Source of the DNA: Candidatus Gottesmanbacteria bacterium
Lineage (GTDB): Bacteria > Patescibacteriota > Microgenomatia > UBA10105 > UBA927
Assembly (NCBI GenBank): GCA_016218215.1
Contig: JACREM010000069.1
Span: forward strand, 1-58,866
Direction of reading: 5' to 3'
Length of the DNA: 58,866 bases
Positions 44,581 to 51,706 of this stretch are shown here, one piece after another; position 1 is the stretch's first letter; each line of letters starts with the position of its first letter. A model generated the notes under the pieces. It had not been told where the DNA came from. It searched no databases and saw nothing but the letters and a program-made list of their open reading frames with translations. The position numbers and the translations under genes were made by a program.

Positions 44581-45885
44581 CTATTCCTTTAGTACCGAAA
44601 GACTTATCGAACCCGTCAAAAATAATCCGATTCCAAGAAAGATAAATAGGATGGTTGGAGAAGTAGATCCGCTTGTAGGCAGAGGCTTTGTTGTTGGGAT
44701 AGCTGTGGCTGTAGCAATTGGTGTTGGTTCTAGAGTTGCTGATGGCGTTGCATCTCCGAGTACCTGTGTCCCGCTTTTTAGAACCGTAAATGAGTGAGTC
44801 AGGGCAACAGGAGTGCCTTTGTCGTTTGTTGATGTAATAGTGACACTCTGTTTTCCTGGGGCAAGGGCTTCCCGAGATGAATACTTCCAGAGGCCATCAG
44901 CACCGACGGAAGTAGTATCGGAGAATGGTGAGGTAAGTCCCAGGGTAACTGCGACTGTTTTTCCTGGTACCCCTGTCCCTGCAATGAGCGGAAATTGGGT
45001 TGCCAGAGACGCACTTTCCTGTGGCGAGGTGAGAGAGACTGTAAATGGTCCGGCTGCAGGCAATACAGCTTGAGCTCCCAATACCGACGCGTTTGTATCT
45101 ACTGGTTTTGCATTTTGGGCAAGTTGTTGAGCAACCTTATTTGCCTGTTGGCGTCTAAAGTCGTACGATTTTCCAAGTGTCATGGTGGGCACTGGTGAGT
45201 CATTGAGCGTATCGGTTATAGCACTTGATTCCAGGTCAGATTCTCCGCGTATGAGGATATTTTCCGTTATTCGCTCTTCAAGCGGAATATATTGACTCAG
45301 ATCTTCCGTTCGTACAAAACTTAACGGCAAGAGCCACGTGCCGGAAGGTTTTGAAAGAGTGGAGAGTGTTTGTCCTGAGTCGAGAGTCAGATATACGATC
45401 GCTCCGTTTATGGGTTGGTTATTTTCATCGACAATTGTACCGTAAGAAGGTTCAAAATTTGGCGCTTGTGCCGTAAGCTCTGGTGCTGTTTTTATTTTCA
45501 GTGGTTTGTCGTTTTTTGGAAATGACGATCCGTTTGAAAGTATCGTCAGTGTGTATGTAAAGCTCGGCGAGAGACCATGAATAGGAACACTGTGGGATGT
45601 ATATTTTTTTAGTTTTCCGTCGCTGTCTCTTTCATCTTGTGCAAACTGTTTTGGCTGCTGTATTGTCACGGCGCCGGTGGTTGGGATGTTCGTCGTCCAG
45701 GTAATAGTGACACTGGTATCCGTAATGTTTGTCACTTGAATATTTGAAGGCTGTATGGATACTGATGCCTGAGTGTTTAGGCGAGTAGCGGTTTCAACAA
45801 GAGCAATACTTCCCCCAATGCCGAAAATGAGGAGCAATAATCCGAGTAGTGTTGGTATTTTATTTGGCAGGTGCATACTATGCAT
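44581..45885 (-). CDS. Surface protein: signal anchor, FN3-like, carboxypeptidase-regulatory-like and Ig-like domains, C-terminal LPTSG + TM sorting-type signal
   Basis: IQVTNITDTSVTITWTTNIPTTGAV (FN3-like), YGTIVDENNQPINGAIVYLTLDSGQ, GTGVPGKTVAVTLG...ADGLWKYSS. C-terminus KPLPTSGSTSPTILFIFLGIGLFLTGSISLSVLKE. Confidence 0.6.
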   Translation of the reverse strand: MHSMHLPNKIPTLLGLLLLIFGIGGSIALVETATRLNTQASVSIQPSNIQVTNITDTSVTITWTTNIPTTGAVTIQQPKQFAQDERDSDGKLKKYTSHSVPIHGLSPSFTYTLTILSNGSSFPKNDKPLKIKTAPELTAQAPNFEPSYGTIVDENNQPINGAIVYLTLDSGQTLSTLSKPSGTWLLPLSFVRTEDLSQYIPLEERITENILIRGESDLESSAITDTLNDSPVPTMTLGKSYDFRRQQANKVAQQLAQNAKPVDTNASVLGAQAVLPAAGPFTVSLTSPQESASLATQFPLIAGTGVPGKTVAVTLGLTSPFSDTTSVGADGLWKYSSREALAPGKQSVTITSTNDKGTPVALTHSFTVLKSGTQVLGDATPSATLEPTPIATATAIPTTKPLPTSGSTSPTILFIFLGIGLFLTGSISLSVLKE

Positions 45886-45892
45886 TCAAGTT

Positions 45893-46093
45893 TCAATAGG
45901 GCCGATCTTTAATTTTTGACAGTGTTTGTGTGTCAAATTTTGAAGTGATCGGTGTAATGACAAACTGTTCTGTTGTTGAAATGACTGCTGTTTTTGTGGT
46001 TTTGACCAGTTCAAAGAAAATCCACAAAGAGACCGTAAGAAAGGTAAAAACTGATACCAAAAGCATGTCTCTGTCTGTGGTGTCGCGGTTCAT
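45893..46093 (-). CDS. Small single-TM protein in the pilN/pilO operon
   Basis: 66-aa ORF with helix MLLVSVFTFLTVSLWIFFELV. Lies 3 nt after the pilO-like stop and 7 nt before the next gene. Confidence 0.4.
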   Translation of the reverse strand: MNRDTTDRDMLLVSVFTFLTVSLWIFFELVKTTKTAVISTTEQFVITPITSKFDTQTLSKIKDRPY

Positions 46094-46096
46094 ATA

Positions 46097-46777
46097 TTAT
46101 TGCGATAGATAGTATGATTTTAATTTTAGAACAAGTCGGATAAGACTACTAGAGGAGCTTGCAGAAAGTCCCTCTTTTTGCGGCGTCATGGCAAGTGTGT
46201 CTATGGTCATAAGACGTCTGTATTCCCGGCTTTTTTCTAAAAATGTTTTGACCTGAGGATACTGTCCGTTGACTGAGAGCGAAAGGTTAAATTCTAATAA
46301 TTTTTTCTCCTTATTTGTATTTTTTTGCACTATGGTGCCCGGCAAACTAGCTTCTGCAGTATACAGCGGGACTTCCGGAATTTGGACAGAAGCAATTTGT
46401 ACACCTGACTGGCTCGCAATATTTTTGAGTGCAGATACCAGGTCGACCACATTTGTCGTTCTCGGAATAGCCTGGTATAAGACCGGAATGTCTTTTTGAA
46501 TTTTTTGATACGCGGCCTGTGCTTCTATAAGCGAGGTGATTTTCTGATCCATTTTTTTGTTGATATCAGTTTTATCTTTTATCTCACGTTTCAGATAAAG
46601 AATTGTTTGAAGGGTCGGCCGTATGGCATACCAGCCAAACAGTGAGATGGCAAGAAACGAGAAGATCGTTGTGGAGTAGATGATTGTTTTTGGCTTTTGC
46701 GAAGCCTCTTCTATTGCTTTTACATATCTGCCAAAGGGCTTTTCGACTGTAGCTGGTGTTGGTTTTAGAGCATCCAT
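46097..46777 (-). CDS. pilO: Type IV pilus assembly protein PilO-like
   Basis: TM helix, coiled coil (LKREIKDKTDINKKMDQKITSLIEAQAAYQKIQKD), then C-terminal FNLSLSVNGQYPQVKTFLEKSREYRRLMTIDTLAM, matching the PilO pattern. Directly follows pilN. Confidence 0.6.
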   Translation of the reverse strand: MDALKPTPATVEKPFGRYVKAIEEASQKPKTIIYSTTIFSFLAISLFGWYAIRPTLQTILYLKREIKDKTDINKKMDQKITSLIEAQAAYQKIQKDIPVLYQAIPRTTNVVDLVSALKNIASQSGVQIASVQIPEVPLYTAEASLPGTIVQKNTNKEKKLLEFNLSLSVNGQYPQVKTFLEKSREYRRLMTIDTLAMTPQKEGLSASSSSSLIRLVLKLKSYYLSQ

Positions 46778-46778
46778 A

Positions 46779-47327
46779 TTATTTTTTAGGCTGAACTATC
46801 TGAGCTGAGATTAAAAAATCTATGCCAAAGGGTGGTTTCTTTTTTATATCTCCAATTTCGACCTGCGTGAGGTTTTTCCCGGATTTTATATTTGTCAAAA
46901 ATTGTGCAAACCCTTGTGTCGTTCCTGCGTTGGCGCGAAGCGACATTTTTTCGCGGTTGAGTTCAATTGAGAGAAGGAATACATCAGGGGGAAGAAGGGT
47001 GTAGAGCGATGAGAGAATTTCTACCGGCTTTTCCTGCTCTGTCAGTATTGTTTTTGTTTTAAGAAGTTGGTTTTGCGTATTTTTTATGTCGCTCTCAAGC
47101 GCGGTGTTTGCAAGTAATATCTGTTGTTTTTGGCCAATCTCTTCTTTGAGATCAGTAAGTTTTCTATCAAGACTAAAGCGCGAAATAAATGCCAAGAGAA
47201 CAACGATTTCAGTGCCGATCATGATATATCTTCCATAGGTGAGTGCCCAATTGGTAATACGGTCAATAGGGGACTCGGTTAGGTCATGAGTGAGAAGATT
47301 TATATTTGAAGATGGAGTCGATGGCAT
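46779..47327 (-). CDS. pilN: Type IV pilus assembly protein PilN-like
   Basis: N-terminal NINLL (PilM-binding type motif), TM helix, coiled coil, then a C-terminal domain with LPPDVFLLSIELNREKMSLRANAGT. TGcTATACT lies 9 nt upstream of the ATG. Confidence 0.7.
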   Translation of the reverse strand: MPSTPSSNINLLTHDLTESPIDRITNWALTYGRYIMIGTEIVVLLAFISRFSLDRKLTDLKEEIGQKQQILLANTALESDIKNTQNQLLKTKTILTEQEKPVEILSSLYTLLPPDVFLLSIELNREKMSLRANAGTTQGFAQFLTNIKSGKNLTQVEIGDIKKKPPFGIDFLISAQIVQPKK

Positions 47328-47336
47328 ACTCTTATC

Positions 47337-47345
47337 AGTATAGCA
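47337..47345 (-). promoter_or_regulatory. pilN extended -10 (TGcTATACT), 9 nt before the ATG
   Basis: The reverse complement of 47337-47345 reads TGCTATACT. The ATG is at 47327. Confidence 0.55.
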
Positions 47346-47387
47346 ATCGCGACACGGGAGGGAAAGGAGGCGTACGACGGATGCCGT

Positions 47388-47624
47388 TTATTTCTTCAGA
47401 AGCTTAGAAAGTCGAGATTTAAGCCTTGCAGCTTTGTTTTTATGTATGACGTGAAGTTTTGCTGCCTTGTCCAGAGCCTGGAATACGATATTTAACGTTT
47501 TTTTACTTGGAGATTTTCTGTGATCCTTGATAAGGCTTCGTACGTGCGTGCGAACAGCCATGGTTTGCTTGGTGCGTTTCTTGTCGTGTCGTAATTTTTT
47601 ACTCGCCTGTTTTGTGATTGGCAT
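47388..47624 (-). CDS. rpsT: 30S ribosomal protein S20
   Basis: MPITKQASKKLRHDKKRTKQTMAVRTHVRSLIK...HKNKAARLKSRLSKLLKK. TGaTATACT lies 9 nt upstream of the ATG. Confidence 0.9.
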   Translation of the reverse strand: MPITKQASKKLRHDKKRTKQTMAVRTHVRSLIKDHRKSPSKKTLNIVFQALDKAAKLHVIHKNKAARLKSRLSKLLKK

Positions 47625-47633
47625 AAGAAGCTA

Positions 47634-47642
47634 AGTATATCA
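47634..47642 (-). promoter_or_regulatory. rpsT extended -10 (TGaTATACT), 9 nt before the ATG
   Basis: The reverse complement of 47634-47642 reads TGATATACT. The ATG is at 47624. Confidence 0.6.
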
Positions 47643-47669
47643 TAGATCTGTCTTTTTAGTGAATAAGCT

Positions 47670-47678
47670 TGGTATAAT
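47670..47678 (+). promoter_or_regulatory. murJ extended -10 (TGgTATAAT), 6 nt before the ATG
   Basis: Read directly from the sequence. No Shine-Dalgarno can fit in the 6-nt gap. Confidence 0.6.
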
Positions 47679-47684
47679 GCCTAT

Positions 47685-49334
47685 ATGAAGCAGATTTTTT
47701 CGTTTTTTTCGCGTAAGCAAGCGACTATCGGATCTGCTGCATTTGTCCTCATGTCGATGGTGCTTGCTTCCCGCGTGCTTGGACTTTTTCGCGACAGGCT
47801 TCTCGCATCGTATTTTTCCCCGGATGAACTCGGCGTGTACTTTGCCGCGTTTCGCGTTCCAAATATGATATTCGAACTTTTGGTTATGGGCGCCCTCACG
47901 AGTGCCTTTATCCCTGTATTTACGAAATATAAGTCCGAACACGGTGAGTCTGGTGCGTGGCATATGACCAGTTCTCTTATAAATGTAAGTCTCGTTGCAT
48001 TTGCATTGTTCGCCCTACCGTTTTTTTTGTGGACCCGCGAAATATCTCGGTTTTTGGCTCCCGGATTTTCCCCGGTCGAACTAGAACAAATGGTGGTATT
48101 TACTCGTTTTATGATGGTAGGACAGGTCATTCCACTACTGATCGGAAATTTTTTTACCGGCATACTTCAGTCGTATAATTTGTTCCTTATTCCGGCTATC
48201 GCTCCTGTTGTCTACAACATCGGTATTATTATCGGGACAATCATACTGTATCCGGCATTTGGACTCTTTGCTCCGGTTTACGGTGTGGGAATCGGAGCAC
48301 TTTTTTTTATGCTCATCCAGATTCCACTGCTTTTTAGCATTGGGTTTCGCTATAAAGCAGTGCTTGATGTCAAAAATCATGGGGTACGCGAGGTTGGCAG
48401 ACTTATGGCTCCGCGAACGCTCGGGCTTGCGATATCTCAGATTGATACAACAGTCGATTTGATGCTCGCGTCGATCCTCGGAGCAAAAATGGTGACCGTG
48501 TTTAACTTTGCACAACACCTGCAACAACTTCCGATCGGACTTTTTGGTGCGACCATTGCACAGGCCGCCCTGCCTTCACTTTCTCAATCTTCTGTAAATG
48601 AAAATAAAGAGCAGTTTCGACAAGCGATCATAAGTTCCTTGCATCAGGTATTTTTCTTCGTATTTCCATCGACTGTTTTTTTTATTGTCCTTCGGATTCC
48701 CATTGTCCGACTGGTATTTGGTGCGTCTAGGTTCGACTGGGAAGCAACGAGTCTTACCGGTCTGACGCTTGCTGCATTTAGTGTTTCGCTTTTTGCCCAA
48801 GCAGCGGTACACGTGCTCGCTCGAGGATTTTATGCGCTGTACGATACGAAGACGCCGGTCGTTATTGGGGTGATCTGTATAGTGGTAAATTCACTATTGA
48901 GTTTATATTTTATACAATTTTTGGGGTATCCGGTTTGGTCGCTTGGGGTCTCTACGTCTGTTGCAAGTATCATCAATGGTATACTTTTGTTTTGGTATCT
49001 GAATAAGAAACTTACTGGCATTTCAACGTTTGAGTTTTATACGCCAACGATAAAAATGTTTATAGTATCAGTTATTACTGGTGTTATGCTTTATATCCCG
49101 CTAAAACTTCTTGATCAACTCGTTTTTGATACAACTCGTGCATTTCCCTTGTTCTTTCTGACGGGCGTGGTCGGCGGCATTGGGACGCTTACATATATAT
49201 TTCTCTCCTGGGTTTTTGGTATAACCCAGGTGCAATCGGTATTTGCGTTTATTCAACGCATGAAGAAACCGCTTGTATTTTTAGAACCAGCAAGCGAAGC
49301 AGTTGACGCCGGGATTCAGGATACGATTTCGTAA
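47685..49334 (+). CDS. murJ: Lipid II flippase MurJ (MviN)
   Basis: VLASRVLGLFRDRLLASYFSPDELGVYFAAFRVPNMIFELLVMGALTSAFIPVF plus about 14 TM helices. TGgTATAAT lies 6 nt upstream of the ATG. Confidence 0.9.
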   Translation: MKQIFSFFSRKQATIGSAAFVLMSMVLASRVLGLFRDRLLASYFSPDELGVYFAAFRVPNMIFELLVMGALTSAFIPVFTKYKSEHGESGAWHMTSSLINVSLVAFALFALPFFLWTREISRFLAPGFSPVELEQMVVFTRFMMVGQVIPLLIGNFFTGILQSYNLFLIPAIAPVVYNIGIIIGTIILYPAFGLFAPVYGVGIGALFFMLIQIPLLFSIGFRYKAVLDVKNHGVREVGRLMAPRTLGLAISQIDTTVDLMLASILGAKMVTVFNFAQHLQQLPIGLFGATIAQAALPSLSQSSVNENKEQFRQAIISSLHQVFFFVFPSTVFFIVLRIPIVRLVFGASRFDWEATSLTGLTLAAFSVSLFAQAAVHVLARGFYALYDTKTPVVIGVICIVVNSLLSLYFIQFLGYPVWSLGVSTSVASIINGILLFWYLNKKLTGISTFEFYTPTIKMFIVSVITGVMLYIPLKLLDQLVFDTTRAFPLFFLTGVVGGIGTLTYIFLSWVFGITQVQSVFAFIQRMKKPLVFLEPASEAVDAGIQDTIS

Positions 49335-49345
49335 AACGAGATCGG

Positions 49346-49915
49346 TTACTTCTTGAGGAATGGAAAGAGTTTTGAGACGAATCTCCACATGGCTTCAATT
49401 GGAGATTCATTTTCTATCGTGAGTGCTAACGGTTTTGGTATAGAAGAAAGGAGGTCTAACCCTTTAAAATCGATGACGCCGGTTTTGGACGTGTCCCCCG
49501 CGGCGTAGTCGAATCGTATCATTGTTTTCCCTTTTTTAAGAGGTGAAAATGTTATTTTACCAAACACTCCTGTCGCCGGAATCGGTGAATTAAAACCGGT
49601 TGATCCCGAAAGTGTAATTTTCCCTTTATCGTTATTTACGCGTGCGTCTTTCGAAGGAGTATAGGTCGGATACAAAGATCCTTGTGCTACCGTGACTGCA
49701 CGAAGCATGGTGTGGTCATAGAGAATAATAGTGTCTGTGCCGAGTGTCTGTTCTCCGCCAGACAAAACTACTCCGATTGTATATGGTGCGTGTACGATTG
49801 CTTTTGGTTCCCCGAGGAGAGTCAGGCTTGCTGCTTCGACTGTCCTTGGATGTGCGAGCAGGAAGAGAAAGAAAATGTTTATGGAAATAAATAACAGTAA
49901 TTTTTTCATAGGCAA
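49346..49915 (-). CDS. Secreted single cohesin-like domain protein
   Basis: Signal peptide ending VEA-AS. Cohesin-like pattern: APYTIGVVLSGGEQTLGTDTIILYDHTMLRAVTVAQGSLYP...NNDKGKITLSGS...PIPATGVFGKITFSPLKKGKTMIRFDY. Confidence 0.55.
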   Translation of the reverse strand: MPMKKLLLFISINIFFLFLLAHPRTVEAASLTLLGEPKAIVHAPYTIGVVLSGGEQTLGTDTIILYDHTMLRAVTVAQGSLYPTYTPSKDARVNNDKGKITLSGSTGFNSPIPATGVFGKITFSPLKKGKTMIRFDYAAGDTSKTGVIDFKGLDLLSSIPKPLALTIENESPIEAMWRFVSKLFPFLKK

Positions 49916-49930
49916 AGCATGGTGGGCGTG

Positions 49931-50230
49931 TTATCTCGGCGCGTCAGCGCGTGTTGGTGTGTTTATATATGTTGGTGGGCCAATCATTCCTTCACCATAT
50001 CGTTCGAATATAGACACCGGAACAGATGATACCGGTTGAGTCTCTCCTCTTTTATTAAAATTGGAAAGCATGAGTGCGAGGTCACGCGTATTGACGACGC
50101 CATCTCGATTGAGGTCCCCTGATCCTGCTGGTTGCTTTCTTATGTCTGAAAAACCTTCAGTTCCTTTTTCGCTTGCTCCAGACCACTGGGTATATAATAC
50201 GCTGACATCGAAGGAATTAATTTTTTCATT
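49931..50230 (-). pseudogene. Dockerin-like module without a usable in-frame start (decayed C-terminal module of the hydrolase, or a frameshifted small gene)
   Basis: My own minus-strand translation: NEKINSFDVSVLYTQWSGASEKGTEGFSDIRKQPAGSGDLNRDGVVNTRDLALMLSNFNKRGETQ...APR*. GDLNRDGVVNTRDLALMLSNF is a classic dockerin calcium-binding repeat. The frame is identical to the GH39-like gene but is separated from it by TAA (50303-50305) and TAG (50231-50233). The ATG at 50229 is one nt out of frame. Confidence 0.45.
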
Positions 50231-50302
50231 CTATTTTAAGATTAAAGAGTCATGAAAAGTGTTGTCAAGGCGTAATCGTGAAATGTGTATGAAATCGTAC
50301 GG

Positions 50303-51706
50303 TTATTGCTTTGTGATTTCGAGAATCGCCATACTTGATGCCGGCATAAAAAGTTGTTTTGAAAAAGTATTTTCTGTGACTGTTTCAGTGAGAGTCACGT
50401 CTCTTCCGAAGAGGATTTTTTCGCGATATGAATATGTTCCAGGTTCGAGATTGGTGTACGAAATAGGCACAGTCTCTGTATGAGTGCCGGCTTCATCAAA
50501 ATTTACGAGAAAGAGCCGAATGGTATTGTCTTTTTGAGTTGCAAATCCCGTGACCCAAGAACCTTCTCCTGAGACGCCAATTCTATTTCCTACCATAGTG
50601 TCTATAAAATTGTACACAGAGTAACGGGGTTTTAGTTTTTTGCCGTTGTCGTCATGTGTAACAAGTCCCCATCCGTCTCCCGCTTGCTGGTTCGGGCCGT
50701 CTTTCGGCTGAAACGAAAAGGCATAGAGTGGTCCGCCTGAGATGAGTTGACGGATGACAGCTCCTGTATGTGCGGCGGCGTACGTCGTGCCATATCCTTT
50801 GCTCTTGCTTCCGGTAAATCCAAATTCAGTGATGAGTTTTGGTAAAAGGGTTGCCTGGGGATAGGGGAGAAGCCACGATATGACATTTTGCTGGTCTTCA
50901 CCAAATTTTTTCGGGTTCGGAAGATATGAGTGCCAGGAAAGAAAATCGAGTCTATTGCCGCTTGCGACAAGCCCTGTGACCCAGTTTTTGTATAGTCCGG
51001 TTGTGGCAGGTCCGCCAAGATAAAACGGATTGACTCCACTTGCTCTACCGGCTCCGACAGATGCAAAGTGATAGAGCGAGAGGTAGTTTTTTTCACCACC
51101 CATTTTCCATGAGCCGAACTGATCCAGGTCTGGTTCGTTCCATACCTCATAATAGATTCCCGAAAGGTTTTTCCCTCCTTTGCCGCTAAAATGTTCGATT
51201 GTTTTTTGTACCACCATGGCCCAGTCTTCCCAGTTGTTCGGTGGGTTTATGATGCTTCCGTCTTTCGCAATATTTTTTGGCATAAAGGAGAGTGCAAGGA
51301 GTGGTTTTGCTCCTGTTGCAAGAATAGTGTTGACAGCCACGTCGAGCTTTTCGAAATTAAAAGACAGGCTGCCGGATCCCCCTCCGACGACATCGTAGTG
51401 ATCAAAAAGATGATCCAGGCGAATGAGCTTTGGCTTGAGAGTTTTTAACTGCGGTACGATAGATGCGAGCATGTCGTTTGACTCTTCGCCGCCTTGTGAA
51501 AATGCGTGATAGAAATCTGTTTTGATCGGTTCAAGTACTGCCTTGGTGTCTACGACGATGGCTGCTGGTGTTCCGGTTGCGCGGGATATAAGCGTCACGG
51601 TTTGATATGTCACTAAAATAAAAAGAGGTAGGAAAAAAAGAAGCGCAATGATGCTTACGAGTTGTGTTGCCTTTGACGATGTATTGTTTTCAAAAATATT
51701 AGCCAT
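50303..51706 (-). CDS. Membrane-anchored clan GH-A glycoside hydrolase (GH39-like)
   Basis: N-terminal TM. YYEVWNEPD (acid/base Glu in the NEP motif) and LITEFGF (nucleophile Glu) at TIM-barrel-type spacing, then a C-terminal beta-sandwich-like region. Confidence 0.7.
   Translation of the reverse strand: MANIFENNTSSKATQLVSIIALLFFLPLFILVTYQTVTLISRATGTPAAIVVDTKAVLEPIKTDFYHAFSQGGEESNDMLASIVPQLKTLKPKLIRLDHLFDHYDVVGGGSGSLSFNFEKLDVAVNTILATGAKPLLALSFMPKNIAKDGSIINPPNNWEDWAMVVQKTIEHFSGKGGKNLSGIYYEVWNEPDLDQFGSWKMGGEKNYLSLYHFASVGAGRASGVNPFYLGGPATTGLYKNWVTGLVASGNRLDFLSWHSYLPNPKKFGEDQQNVISWLLPYPQATLLPKLITEFGFTGSKSKGYGTTYAAAHTGAVIRQLISGGPLYAFSFQPKDGPNQQAGDGWGLVTHDDNGKKLKPRYSVYNFIDTMVGNRIGVSGEGSWVTGFATQKDNTIRLFLVNFDEAGTHTETVPISYTNLEPGTYSYREKILFGRDVTLTETVTENTFSKQLFMPASSMAILEITKQ

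Noticed and set aside
47681-48163. 160-aa minus-strand ORF overlapping the start of murJ, and the 107-aa ORF at 47640-47963
   Set aside because: They are antisense to or out of frame with the strongly supported MurJ gene, and they would also overlap the murJ promoter.
50061-50255. 64-aa plus-strand ORF in the hydrolase/cohesin spacer
   Set aside because: It is the antisense frame of the dockerin-like segment. The dockerin calcium-binding repeat on the minus strand is the more specific signal.
50632-51150. 172-aa alternative-frame ORF on the same strand inside the GH39-like gene
   Set aside because: The overlapping 467-aa frame carries the catalytic NEP and TEFG motifs. This frame has none.
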